Source: Chthonomonadales bacterium (lineage in GTDB: Bacteria; Armatimonadota; Chthonomonadetes; Chthonomonadales; CAJBBX01). From it: a stretch of DNA of 64,000 nt. Position numbers and translations under genes: made by a program. Location: the NCBI GenBank assembly GCA_049967475.1, contig JBMFSQ010000009.1, positions 48,322-112,321 of the forward strand. The letters are read 5' to 3'. The notes under the pieces are model-generated. The model ran no database searches and was not told where the DNA came from. It saw only the letters and a program-made list of their open reading frames with translations. Position 1 is the first letter of the stretch. The number at the start of each line of letters is the position of its first letter. This document shows positions 9,121 through 19,164 of the stretch, piece after piece.

Positions 9121-10704
9121 TCATTCTTCCACAATCGCAGGAAACGTCATCTCCTCCACGTACACATCCTGGAAAGCCGGGTCCTCATTCAGGGACACGT
9201 GTTCGCAGATCCGCCGGATGGAAGCGTAATCCTCGTCTTTGGGAGCGAAGAGCGCCATTTTGGCGCCCAGCAGAGCCGTATTCCCTACCGGCTGCACCAC
9301 ATCGGGCTGGAAGCCAAGCAGCCCAATCCGGCGGGCGCTGTGCCGGTCTACGTAATTGCCGAAGGCCCCGGCAAGGTATACTCGGCGCACGTCTTCCATC
9401 GCTACGCCTTGGCGATGAAGAAGAATGCGTACCCCTGCAGCGATGGCGCCTTTAGCGAGCTGAAGCTGCCGGATATCCGCTTGGCTCAGCGCCACGTCGC
9501 CGGCGAGAGTGAGGGAATGGGCGCCGTCGGCAAACCTGCCGGTAGGCCGAATGAGCCTCAACTGTAATCCGGCGGCGACGGCATCCACAAGACCGGATCC
9601 GCAGATCCCGCGCGGTTGCGCGTTGCCGAGCACCTGTACCTCGAGTCGGTGATCCGTCGCGACCACTTTCCAGATTGCCCCGGTGGCCGCCCTCATTCCC
9701 ATGGAGATGCGCGCCCCTTCAAAGGCAGGGCCCGCCGCAGTGGAGGCGCAAAGAATGTGCTCTCGGTTCCCCAAAAGGATCTCCCCGTTGGTGCCTAAGT
9801 CCATGAGAACGCACAACTCGTCGCTCTGGTGCATTCCCGTAGCAAGGATGCCTGCGAGCAGATCACTGCCCACAAACCCGCCGAGGCACGGCAAGAAGCG
9901 CACCTCTACATCGGGAGGAAGACCCCAAGCATCTCCGCCCGCATCCCGTTCGATGCCGGGTGCATCCTGCGGCGATACCCAACCCAATTGCTGTGCCCGA
10001 AACACCTGCATCCCGTCATTTACAGGTTCGAAGGGCGTGTGGGAGAGCGGCTCGAGGTCAATCCCACAAAACAGGTGGTGCATCACCGTGTTGCCTACGA
10101 GGGTCACCTTGCGGAGGCGCCGAGGATCAGACTGGGAAGACACAAAGAGTTGGTGGATGAGCCGGCCCACCTCGTGGCGGATCAGGCTGGTGAGGCGTTC
10201 GGCTCCACCTTCCGCTACGGCGTAATTTACCCGGCTCATTACATCGGCGCCATAGCGCGCCTGTGGGTTGAGGGCGGTTTTGACACCCAGTACGTACCCC
10301 TTCTCCAAATCCAACAGTTGCGCCACGACGGTAGTGGTGCCCACATCTACCGCCACACCCAATCCCTCCTCGGGTGTGAACGCGAATGCTGCATCATTCA
10401 CGAGGATCGTGGCATCCCATTGGCGCAGTTCGATGACGAGGTCGTCCTCCAACCGGCTTTGGCATGCCAGGCGCCAGCCGTGTTCCAGTTCTTCCTGGGA
10501 AAGGTGCTCGCGCTGAGCCGCGTTGACGGACACATTTCCCTGAAGAACGCGAACCTTGCAGCCCCGGCACCTTCCCTGCCCGCCGCACGGGAACTCCACT
10601 CCCTGTTCAAAGAGAAGGTCTCGAAGCGGTGTCCCCGCCTCGGCCTCCACTACCGCGCCGATAGGCTGCAGAGTAATGCGATAAAGCTTCTTGTCTTTCC
10701 CCAC
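9121..10704 (-). CDS. Reductive activator of corrinoid proteins (RACo/RamA-like; 2Fe-2S plus ASKHA, DUF4445)
   Basis: CGGQGRCRGC...RLACQ 2Fe-2S domain; DVGTTT, YGADVMSR, DLGTNGE, STAAGPAFEG, GICGSG and LAGAFG motifs. Confidence 0.93.
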   Translation of the reverse strand: MGKDKKLYRITLQPIGAVVEAEAGTPLRDLLFEQGVEFPCGGQGRCRGCKVRVLQGNVSVNAAQREHLSQEELEHGWRLACQSRLEDDLVIELRQWDATILVNDAAFAFTPEEGLGVAVDVGTTTVVAQLLDLEKGYVLGVKTALNPQARYGADVMSRVNYAVAEGGAERLTSLIRHEVGRLIHQLFVSSQSDPRRLRKVTLVGNTVMHHLFCGIDLEPLSHTPFEPVNDGMQVFRAQQLGWVSPQDAPGIERDAGGDAWGLPPDVEVRFLPCLGGFVGSDLLAGILATGMHQSDELCVLMDLGTNGEILLGNREHILCASTAAGPAFEGARISMGMRAATGAIWKVVATDHRLEVQVLGNAQPRGICGSGLVDAVAAGLQLRLIRPTGRFADGAHSLTLAGDVALSQADIRQLQLAKGAIAAGVRILLHRQGVAMEDVRRVYLAGAFGNYVDRHSARRIGLLGFQPDVVQPVGNTALLGAKMALFAPKDEDYASIRRICEHVSLNEDPAFQDVYVEEMTFPAIVEE

Positions 10705-10737
10705 GATCTCGTCCTGCCTATGTGCTCGTGTCGAGCC

Positions 10738-13287
10738 TTACTTGCCTGCGGGCATGACCGCGACAGTCTCCGTTACCGAAGGAGCGCCGGCCGGATAACG
10801 CACGGGTCGGCGCCGGTCGGCATCCATCACCTGCACGTAGTATTCCAAACTTCCTTTGGTTGCAGCGGCCGGCAGTACGGCATGGAACACGCCGCGAGCC
10901 ACAGACTTCAAGCGTACGCAATGAAACGGCCCGCGCCCCAGGGGACGCCACATGAGTACCCCGGAGATCGGGCTTCGCGGCGAGAGCGCTACAACGCGCA
11001 CATCCAACGCCTCCCCCTCCTGCACCACGGACCGGCGCGTCACCACGAAAACACGCTCAGCTCCCCGGTAGCTCTTATCCGGCTCCGCGGCTGCCGGAAG
11101 ATCCTCGCCCAAGGCCTTTTCAAGCCGTTCCCCTGATGACCCCAGAAGGCCGGGCAGAATATGCTGCTCCCAGTTCGCTACCGTTCCCAACTCGCCTGTG
11201 GTTCCCACAAGTTGGAGGAGGTAACGATACACCTCCCGCACAGCGCGTACCAACTCGACCCTCAGCGGAAGCGCTTCGTTCCGGGCTACACGTTGCCGCG
11301 CCGATGGTTCCTTTTGCGCCTCGGCGCGTTCCAGGGCGCGGTTGAGCTTGGCCCACACGCACGCAGTGTACGCAACGGCTCTCGTGTAGCGGAATGTATT
11401 GAGCCAATAATCGAACCGCTCTCTGCTTCGCGGACCGTGCACCCTGGCGCGCAATCGTTCCAATTCCTTCACAAAGCCATATTGTGCCTGAACCTGTTCC
11501 CAGGGCTTGTCGTCCGGAGCGAGGCCGCCCGGCCCGCCGATCCAGTTAACCGGGCGAGGCGTGGAGCAATCAATCCTCGCGAAGATTTGTGCTGCCTGGC
11601 GGGCCACAGTTTGCCCGAATTCCGCTTGGGCCCAATCCATCCAAAAGTCGCCGGCAGGCGCGTAGCGTAACGCCGGCTGCAATTGTTTGGACCACGGTGC
11701 CTGCGTCCAAGCAGCCTGGGCAAGAGCCATTACGTTGGGGCCGATGACGCGCGTGCGCCAATGGATGCCCATCAAGCCGTTGCATCCATATTTGAGCGCA
11801 TCTGCAGCGTCCCGCCGCATACGGCCTACCCAGAGCTGCGGCGCCGTGAGACCGGGATCATCCTCCATCCAGGGAATGGCCCACTTCTCCCGGCCATTGA
11901 TGCGGGCAAAGGCGGGATCCACAGGAGAATTTCCCACGTTACGGTTGATGCAGCTCATCGCAATGGACTTTGGAAGCCATTTGTCGAAGGCGGCTGGGTC
12001 CTCTGGAGGTCCCAGAACCCAACCACACGTGGCAAGGCGAAACGGAGCCCTCACGGCGCGAGCCGCCGCCACAGCCTGGGTCAGATCCCGCTGTGTTGCG
12101 GCCACTTGCTGCGGCTTGGCCCCTTCCCACGTCCACCCCTCGGGTGTCCAAAACCAATAATAGTCTATTGGGTAGGCCCCCATGATGCGCCGGAAAAGCC
12201 CTTCGTAGACGAACTCGACAGTTTGAGGATCGTCGAGCTGGTGGCCGGTCGCCGCGAGGCGCGCCTTCACCGTGGCGGGTATGGTGAGAGGCGTCTCCGT
12301 ACCCACACAGGTCCGGATAGAGAAGCGGCGTGCCCACTCGAAGGCCCCCCGCAGCATAGCCCCAGTCCGGTTGAAGAGTTCGCAGCAGGCTGCCGGGGTC
12401 GCAGGCTTGGGGCAGAGCCCTTTCATCACATCGGCGCCGAAATCATCTCGGTCGAAAAGCTGTGATGCTCCAAAAAGGAACGAGCTCGTAGGCTTCGCGG
12501 AATACCCCCAGTCTCCTCGGAGCGTGTTTTGGTAACTGGCAGGATAGGCAAAGGACACTGTGCCGCTGCACCCCGCGTCGCTGCCCATCCCGATCCAAAC
12601 AGTCGGCTCGGCGATAGGCTCGGGATAGGTATGCAGACCGATGAAGTTCATGCGGAGCTTCACCATCTGCGTCTCGACAGCCCGGTAATCATCCAGGTTC
12701 CACCAATCCGGCCCTTCCGGAAAGTCATGGAAGGGTTGAATACCCCGAAGGCTGAACAACGGCTTTGCCGCTTCATGCACATAGGGGAGGCCGCCGCGCA
12801 AAGGTTCATCGGGAATGATGTCCCCATCCAAAGCAAAGCGCACTCCCAGGGCCTCCGCAAAGCGGTAGGCGGCATAGAGCGTCCCAACGCCATCGCCCCC
12901 GCACAGCAGGACGCGGGTTGCCCTTGGCTTCTTCACCGTCCACACCACGAATTCGCCGGGATGTAGGGCCCGTACTTCAGCGAGGCAGCCTGCGGATCGT
13001 GCGAACGCCAGAGCCATCGGCCGGGCTTTGGACGCAACGATCACCGCAGGTCCTTCAATGGCCCCGCAGCGGATGAATGGGAGGCGTCCCGTGCGCACAT
13101 AGAGGTACCGCTGCGCCTCACGGGCTGCCAAAATCTCCAGAGCCGAGGATCCACGAGCCACGCACACAACGGGCGTTACGGCAGGCCAGGCATAGCGCGC
13201 CCCATGGGCCGAAGCGGTAGCGCCACTCAGCAGGGCCGCCGCACTCATCCACAACATCCGCCGCACCGGGCGTCCAGAAAGTTCCAT
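10738..13287 (-). CDS. Secreted glycoside-hydrolase-like protein (GH20/67/115-type N-domain plus probable TIM barrel), family unassigned
   Basis: Signal-like N-terminus; GGDGVGTLYAAYRFAEALGVRF; RGIQPFHDFPEGPDWW; K.RMNFIGLH; IPWMEDD; GIHWRT; Ig-like C-terminus. Confidence 0.65.
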   Translation of the reverse strand: MELSGRPVRRMLWMSAAALLSGATASAHGARYAWPAVTPVVCVARGSSALEILAAREAQRYLYVRTGRLPFIRCGAIEGPAVIVASKARPMALAFARSAGCLAEVRALHPGEFVVWTVKKPRATRVLLCGGDGVGTLYAAYRFAEALGVRFALDGDIIPDEPLRGGLPYVHEAAKPLFSLRGIQPFHDFPEGPDWWNLDDYRAVETQMVKLRMNFIGLHTYPEPIAEPTVWIGMGSDAGCSGTVSFAYPASYQNTLRGDWGYSAKPTSSFLFGASQLFDRDDFGADVMKGLCPKPATPAACCELFNRTGAMLRGAFEWARRFSIRTCVGTETPLTIPATVKARLAATGHQLDDPQTVEFVYEGLFRRIMGAYPIDYYWFWTPEGWTWEGAKPQQVAATQRDLTQAVAAARAVRAPFRLATCGWVLGPPEDPAAFDKWLPKSIAMSCINRNVGNSPVDPAFARINGREKWAIPWMEDDPGLTAPQLWVGRMRRDAADALKYGCNGLMGIHWRTRVIGPNVMALAQAAWTQAPWSKQLQPALRYAPAGDFWMDWAQAEFGQTVARQAAQIFARIDCSTPRPVNWIGGPGGLAPDDKPWEQVQAQYGFVKELERLRARVHGPRSRERFDYWLNTFRYTRAVAYTACVWAKLNRALERAEAQKEPSARQRVARNEALPLRVELVRAVREVYRYLLQLVGTTGELGTVANWEQHILPGLLGSSGERLEKALGEDLPAAAEPDKSYRGAERVFVVTRRSVVQEGEALDVRVVALSPRSPISGVLMWRPLGRGPFHCVRLKSVARGVFHAVLPAAATKGSLEYYVQVMDADRRRPVRYPAGAPSVTETVAVMPAGK

Positions 13288-13411
13288 CGGTTCCCTTGGC
13301 ACCTTTTCTTCCTCTGTCCCTAAACCGGAATAATTCGTACCAGGGTCTGATCCCGCCGCCAACAGCACGGGGGTCGCTGGTTTTACGCCGCACAACCTTG
13401 AACCGGCACCC

Positions 13412-14458
13412 CTAGGACGGGCCGAACTCATCCGGCGCATGCTCATGGGCATACCGGACCATTGCGCGGAAATTCTCTTCCGGGGTGTCGCGCACCACTT
13501 CGCAGCCCGCCCCGACTATGAAGTTGGGACCGGCAGCGCGGTGACATTCCCGCACCGCGTCAATGACCTCATCGGGCGTACCTTGCCGAAGAACGCGAAC
13601 GGGATCCACATTGCCCAGCAGAACTTGGTCCGGCCCCATCGCCGCGCGTCCTTCGGCCATAGGGGCAAGAAAGTCAAGGTCCACAATGGCGCAACCCAGT
13701 CGTCCCATACCGTCCAAAATGCGGCGCGTATTCCCGCAGATATGCAATCGCGTGCGCGCCGGTCTGCCCGGAACGTCGAGAGATGCGATGCCGTCTACCA
13801 GCCGCTTCTCGTACGGCCAAACGAGTTCCCGGTAGAAGCGGGGCCCCACGAGGGATGCGGCCGCATCGCCTATGCCGATGAGGTCGGCGCCGGCCTTCAG
13901 TTGTTCCTCGGCAAAGCGCACTTCCATCTCGACGCAGAACGCGAAGAGGTCCTCCACGAAGGGGGGATCATCCACCATATCCGTCATGATGGCGTTCATA
14001 CCGCGCAGATCGGCTGCCTCGGCAATAGGGCCCTCTACCCAACCTTCGATAAGCTTCGCTCCGCCGACACGCTCCCGAAACAGGGCAAGGGCCTTGAGGC
14101 GGTTGGACATTCGGCGGCCCGAAGTTGGGTCTGGAATGCGCATCTTGAGGAGCTGGGCTTTGTCCTTGATGAGAGGGTCGGTGTCCTTGAGTGAGGCCGG
14201 CAAGTTTTCAGGATACACCACAGTGGCGCCCAGGTCGGCTGCTTCACAGGCTGGATCCGACATGGTGTTGACGTAATCCAGTCCAAAGTCTTCGCTCACC
14301 TTGAGCTGGCCTTCCACAAGCACGCGGTAATCGGTTTCGTAATCCACGTATCGGGCACCGATGCGGTCCGCAGCGAACATCATGGTGATGGGCATCACCG
14401 GCAGCCGGTCCACCTGCCGCCCTTCGATCATCGCGATCACGCGTTCTCGGCTGTTCAT
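13412..14458 (-). CDS. UroD/MtaA-CmuA family methyltransferase (MT2-like)
   Basis: MNSRERV...DRLPV; GIGDAAAS; zinc motif LHICG...GAGCE; GNVDP. Confidence 0.9.
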   Translation of the reverse strand: MNSRERVIAMIEGRQVDRLPVMPITMMFAADRIGARYVDYETDYRVLVEGQLKVSEDFGLDYVNTMSDPACEAADLGATVVYPENLPASLKDTDPLIKDKAQLLKMRIPDPTSGRRMSNRLKALALFRERVGGAKLIEGWVEGPIAEAADLRGMNAIMTDMVDDPPFVEDLFAFCVEMEVRFAEEQLKAGADLIGIGDAAASLVGPRFYRELVWPYEKRLVDGIASLDVPGRPARTRLHICGNTRRILDGMGRLGCAIVDLDFLAPMAEGRAAMGPDQVLLGNVDPVRVLRQGTPDEVIDAVRECHRAAGPNFIVGAGCEVVRDTPEENFRAMVRYAHEHAPDEFGPS

Positions 14459-14501
14459 TGCATCCTCCTATACTCAGGAACAACCCCGCGCCGCCAAGCC
14501 C

Positions 14502-15581
14502 TCAATTCCTGCGCCCCGGCTTCCATGAGGCAATCAACCGGATGAGTTCCTCCGCTTCCTCCTGTGATGAACACCACGTCTGAAGCATCACTCCTTCGGG
14601 TTCCAGTTCCTCCATAAACACTGGGATCTCCTCCGCACACACGGTGATATGCAAGTTCTTCCCGGCGCGCTGGATGCGGCGGTATACGTGCATCCATCGG
14701 GACGCGGGTTCGTTCCCTGCACCGTACACGAATTGAATGGCGTCCAGCTTCGGGATGGCAAGGAGCGCATCCAGATGGGGAAGTGCGTTAGGCCCATCCA
14801 GATGGTAGATGGAGCGATCCAGCCACTCGATCTCTTCAATGATCTCGGGCAGGAACAGTGTTTGAAACATCGCCGGGGACACCATGCATGAGAAGTCACA
14901 GGAGGGAATGTAGTAGCGGCCCGTGCAGAAGAGGGGCAGCCAACTCGTAGAGATGGTCTGGCCGGCAGCGAGCAAAATCTCTTCCTGGAGCGTATAGAGC
15001 TGCCGGAAGGTGGGACTGAGATGGTGCATGAGTGCTGCCACCTGAGCGGGGGCCTCAGCGCAGTCGAGACAGAGCTGCTGAGGGTCCCGCAAAGACGCGG
15101 CCAAATCCCCGCCTGGATGGATGTCGGTATACCCTACCAGAAATTTGCCCTGCCCCATCTCCAGCCCAAGGAGCGTCATCTCTGCGATGGCTCTCATATA
15201 CTCATTGTTGGGATCGAAGCAGAGGCGCGGAACGTCGGCCCAGTCACGAAGGATGGGTACAGACCACGACGTTTCTTCCCCAAAAACGAGTTCTGCGCCC
15301 AGCGCTGCAGCCAGAACCTCGGGTCCCAAATTCGGCCAAATGAAGGGAAGCTGTTCGCCGCCCCAATAGGTGTTAGCGCACAACGCAGCGGACCGCTCCA
15401 CGTTGTACTCCACATCCATCCACCGGTCCTTGAGAGAGGCGTGGCGCTTCACTGGAACAGGAAGCCTGCGAGGGCCTGGAGCGGTCACCTGTATCGTGGG
15501 CCGATCCAAGATGGCGCGATGCCACCACGCATCCATGCGAGCGATGGCTTCGTCTGCATCCGGCTTGTATTCCAGCTCCAT
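14502..15581 (-). CDS. UroD/MetE-like barrel protein (divergent methyltransferase-like)
   Basis: ILDRP; LRDPQQLCLD; CDFSCMVSP.MF; YHLDG; IQFVYGAG. Confidence 0.75.
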   Translation of the reverse strand: MELEYKPDADEAIARMDAWWHRAILDRPTIQVTAPGPRRLPVPVKRHASLKDRWMDVEYNVERSAALCANTYWGGEQLPFIWPNLGPEVLAAALGAELVFGEETSWSVPILRDWADVPRLCFDPNNEYMRAIAEMTLLGLEMGQGKFLVGYTDIHPGGDLAASLRDPQQLCLDCAEAPAQVAALMHHLSPTFRQLYTLQEEILLAAGQTISTSWLPLFCTGRYYIPSCDFSCMVSPAMFQTLFLPEIIEEIEWLDRSIYHLDGPNALPHLDALLAIPKLDAIQFVYGAGNEPASRWMHVYRRIQRAGKNLHITVCAEEIPVFMEELEPEGVMLQTWCSSQEEAEELIRLIASWKPGRRN

Positions 15582-15690
15582 TCCCGCTCGATCCCGTTGC
15601 GCCGGAACGCATGGCGCATGCGGCCCCTGCCTGCCATATACGTCGCCGCAGGATATCGGCAGCAGCGATTGATAAGCTGCCGCACGCCTG

Positions 15691-16752
15691 CTAGTCGTAG
15701 CGTCCCAACTCCTTGGCCAAGTTCACGATTTGCCGAAAGTTCTCCAAACTCACGCTGGATGGCACGGAATGGTCCGACGAGAAGATGTATCCTCCGCCCT
15801 CCTTGAGGATGGGCACGACGCGCCGCATCTCCGCCTCGATAGCCTCCCGGTCGTCCCACAGCACCGCGTTGATGCCTCCGTGGAGCACCAAGCGATCGCC
15901 GTAAGCCGCCTTCAAAGCGACCGGGTCCATACCTGCCTTCACCTCCAGAGGGTTGAGAGCATCCACGCCGATTTCCACCAGCTCGGGAACGAAGGGACGG
16001 ATATCTCCGCATGAGTGCAAGTGGGCATAGATGCCTTTGGCATGCGCCCAGTCAACCGCCCGCTTCTGAACGGGCTTCAGGAGGCGCCGATATGTTTTCA
16101 GCGAGAAGAACTGGTTGTGCTTGTAGCCCATGTCGTCGGGCCAATTGACCGCGTCGAAGGTGTACCCGGCATCCCACACTTGATCCAGCAGCGCAAGATT
16201 GACGTCCAAGAAGTGATTAAAGATATCCAGAAGCCATTCCGGATCTTCGACGAGGGCAAGGAGCACGCGCTCCGTACCCACCGTCCAGGAGTGCGTCACG
16301 TCAAATCCGAACCAGAGCCCTGCCTGGATCCAGTATCCCTCCGCCCGCCAACGTGGATAGTTGGCTTTGAGGTAGTCCCAAGGGATGCGGTCCGATGAAG
16401 GCGTCATGCGCGCCTTGGCTGCGAGCCATGACGCCCGGTCCTTGATCGTGAAGTCCAGGAATTCCGGCACTCCGCCCGCATGCTTCCAATCCTTGAGTGT
16501 GGCCCCATACGCGGTGGTGTGGATGCGGTATTCCTCAGTCTCTTGCAGCACACGCACGGGGTAGCGGGGGCTGATGTCTACTCCGATATGGGCCACCTTA
16601 TCGAGGCCGAAATAGTCCCGGAAGTCCACACCTTCGGGCATTCCCTCGCGACGCCACCGTTCGATTGTGGCTCCCCACGGGTCATCTATAATCGGCACGC
16701 GGTCGGCTTCGCGGTGCTCGAACATCCGTTTGAAACGCTCGTAGGATGTCAT
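15691..16752 (-). CDS. UroD-family protein
   Basis: MTSYERF...ADRVP; DDMGY; HLHSCG; LHGGIN; GGGYIFSSDHSVP. Confidence 0.9.
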   Translation of the reverse strand: MTSYERFKRMFEHREADRVPIIDDPWGATIERWRREGMPEGVDFRDYFGLDKVAHIGVDISPRYPVRVLQETEEYRIHTTAYGATLKDWKHAGGVPEFLDFTIKDRASWLAAKARMTPSSDRIPWDYLKANYPRWRAEGYWIQAGLWFGFDVTHSWTVGTERVLLALVEDPEWLLDIFNHFLDVNLALLDQVWDAGYTFDAVNWPDDMGYKHNQFFSLKTYRRLLKPVQKRAVDWAHAKGIYAHLHSCGDIRPFVPELVEIGVDALNPLEVKAGMDPVALKAAYGDRLVLHGGINAVLWDDREAIEAEMRRVVPILKEGGGYIFSSDHSVPSSVSLENFRQIVNLAKELGRYD

Positions 16753-16815
16753 GTTCCCCTCCCCTTGTTTCGCTACGTGCCGGCCAGGGACCCCGCGGTT
16801 TCTGCGACCCCGCCT

Positions 16816-17580
16816 TCACGCGTTTGGGGCCTCATCAATATCTACAATTGCTTCGTCATAGCGAGCACCGATGCGGCGGCCCGGCGGCACTACCAGGAAC
16901 TCCGAGGGCGACCATGGGCCGTTCACCAAGCGTTCGATGAGCGAGAGATCGCCGCGCAGTTTTTGAAAAGCCCATCCGCGCTGCCGCGCCTCTTCCCGCG
17001 TCCATTGCTCGTACCGGTCGTCCCCCTCCACACCCATTTCGATGTAGGTAAAGCAGGAATAGTTGCGCGTAGTATTCACGAGGGTGTCCCATAGGTACCG
17101 GGCATTCTCTTCCCCGTACTTAGCTACGAGCTCGTCGAATGTCTTGTCCATCCCGGTTTGCCGTTGGATGGATAGCTGGCTCAATTCGCCGGGGTTCTCG
17201 CCTCGCTCGATCCATCCGCTCGTTTTGAAGTAGACGCCCGGGTTCGCATTGAAGTACTCCAGATACCGTTCCTTGCTCCCCAGGAAGAGGGTAATGCAAT
17301 CGTGTGCCCGTGGAAGGACTAAAGGCAAGCCACGGGCGCAAACACCCGCCAAGCCGTTGTTGCAGAGCCCGTACCCCAGAAGAACTGCGTCGTACCGATG
17401 CTTGTCCACGGCATCTATGGCCGCCTGCACGCGATCCCGCATGGGCACGGCACCGATATCGTGCAGCCCCTTGGGCAAAAAGTAGAGATCCACCACGTTC
17501 GGTGACCGGGCCACGACCCAGCACATTTCGCGGTAGAAGACTTCGCACGAAATCAGTTTGAAGCGTTTAGCCTCTTCCAT
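16816..17580 (-). CDS. DUF1638 domain protein
   Basis: LISCEV..RE; LPKGLHD; LGYGLCNNG; PRAHDCITLFLGS; YFKTSGWIE. Confidence 0.9.
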   Translation of the reverse strand: MEEAKRFKLISCEVFYREMCWVVARSPNVVDLYFLPKGLHDIGAVPMRDRVQAAIDAVDKHRYDAVLLGYGLCNNGLAGVCARGLPLVLPRAHDCITLFLGSKERYLEYFNANPGVYFKTSGWIERGENPGELSQLSIQRQTGMDKTFDELVAKYGEENARYLWDTLVNTTRNYSCFTYIEMGVEGDDRYEQWTREEARQRGWAFQKLRGDLSLIERLVNGPWSPSEFLVVPPGRRIGARYDEAIVDIDEAPNA

Positions 17581-17724
17581 GACTCGCCTGCCGATACCCT
17601 AAGCACCGCCCGATATGCCGGATGCGCAATAGGGAAGGCGCCGAGCCCCCCTGTCGCGCATCGAGCAAACAACGCTTTCCCAATGAGAAGCGAACACGTG
17701 AACCCGCGGTACTTCGGGCTGCCA

Positions 17725-19038
17725 TCATGAGGAGGGAGCCCCTTTAGTGGACGCATGGCGTTCGCGCAGATCCTGCGCCAGTGTCTTGATCTCGGTAAGG
17801 TCGCGTTGCATCTCACTCCAGCCGTACCACAGGGCGTAGTCCGGATTCGCGTGGAAGGTCCCTTGGAAGGTTCGGTTCCGGTGCTCGAAGTACATCACGA
17901 AGAGCTTCTGCTCGATCTGCGTGGGCGCATCATGGAAGGTGAGCAGATCTGGGAACGGATAGGCGTACTCCTTGGGCTTGGCCAGGATGCCGTCGCGGTA
18001 GAGCCCAGCCACTACGTTGATCGCCTCAGCCATCAGATGATCGGCCTCACGGATCATGTTGTCGCCCTTCGTCAGTTCATTCCGCACGAAATTGGTGGAA
18101 TGGCACCGGGCGCACGTGGCTTCCATCTTGCGCCGCTCTTTCTGGAAGTCCGCCTCGGTAAAGCGGACAATGTCCAGCTTCTTGATGGCGTCGAGGCGCG
18201 CGGTCGGTTGGCCATCCGGCGTCAGCACGCCCAAAGCCTTCAGGATGGTGGCCTGGTCGGCCTGCCATTGGGGATCCTTGGGCAGCGGCACGCGCATCCC
18301 TATGAAGCCCCACGCGGTGCGCACGTTGTGGTCCCCGCCCTGCATGTGGCAATCCTGGCAGGTAGGCGCCGATGCCGATTGCGGGATCACGTGCTTCTGC
18401 TTCAGGTCGAAGCGGACGCCGTGCTTGGACGACGCATACATCTCGTACTGGGGATGGTCGAAGCCCATGTGGCACGTCATGCAGGCTTCCGGCGAGCGTG
18501 CCTCGGCCAGCGAGAAGGTATGGCGGGTATGGCATGCGTCGCAGGAGGCCACGCCGAAGCCGCCGTTGGTGCGCTGGAGTTCCCGGATCTCCTCTGCAGA
18601 CTTGAGGCCGATCTTGTGGCATCCGCCGCAGCCCTTCATCCCCTCCGTCAGAGCCACCGGTTGGGCGTGGAACGTGGGCATAGCCTTCATAGATGCCCAG
18701 CTCAGTGCGTGCTTGCCTGCCTTGAACTGCTCCAGGCGCTGGGGATGGCATTGGCCGCACGTGTCCGGCGTAGGGATCTTAACTTTGGCCACGTCTGCGG
18801 CAGACTTGTGATCGCTACCGTGGCAAACAGAACACACGATGCCCATCTTGGCGTGCTTGCTGAGCCGCCAGTCATTTACGATCCCAGGCGTTACATGCTC
18901 GTGACAGCGAACGCACGCGGAGTCCGAACCCAGGGCCTTTTGCGGCGCAGGATTCTTCTGGAAATGAGCTGTGAGGGTGGTAGCCATCCCCAGCAGAACA
19001 ATGGGTGTTGTTGCCAGCGCTACAGGGCGCATGATCAT
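17725..19038 (-). CDS. Octaheme c-type cytochrome, hydroxylamine oxidoreductase (HAO)-like
   Basis: Eight CxxCH motifs (CVRCH, CSVCH, CGQCH, CGGCH, CDACH, CMTCH, CQDCH, CARCH); HTRHTFS.AEAR.PE.C..CH.G.DH; S.HG; signal peptide. Confidence 0.9.
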   Translation of the reverse strand: MIMRPVALATTPIVLLGMATTLTAHFQKNPAPQKALGSDSACVRCHEHVTPGIVNDWRLSKHAKMGIVCSVCHGSDHKSAADVAKVKIPTPDTCGQCHPQRLEQFKAGKHALSWASMKAMPTFHAQPVALTEGMKGCGGCHKIGLKSAEEIRELQRTNGGFGVASCDACHTRHTFSLAEARSPEACMTCHMGFDHPQYEMYASSKHGVRFDLKQKHVIPQSASAPTCQDCHMQGGDHNVRTAWGFIGMRVPLPKDPQWQADQATILKALGVLTPDGQPTARLDAIKKLDIVRFTEADFQKERRKMEATCARCHSTNFVRNELTKGDNMIREADHLMAEAINVVAGLYRDGILAKPKEYAYPFPDLLTFHDAPTQIEQKLFVMYFEHRNRTFQGTFHANPDYALWYGWSEMQRDLTEIKTLAQDLRERHASTKGAPSS

Positions 19039-19164
19039 GCGCCATCCTCCTTACAGAATTAAGTAAACCTCGTGCCGATCGCCCCGGCTACGGCGCCTCC
19101 GGCGGGTAACGCCGAGGCTTCCTCAGCAGGGGTTGCGCAGCGCGGGCCATGAACCGCGCCGCCC

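Noticed and set aside
7703..9229. Long antisense or alternate-frame ORFs (e.g. 7703-9229 +, 71-1414 -, 17755-19062 +, 32187-33425 +, 40218-41465 -)
   Set aside because: These are shadows of well-supported genes in GC-rich DNA and carry no recognisable motifs
15658..15681. GGCAGC...GCTGCC hairpin, also at about 46543-46570, as a REP-like family
   Set aside because: Only two copies, with 6-bp stems and different loops; compatible with chance or ordinary terminator-like stems
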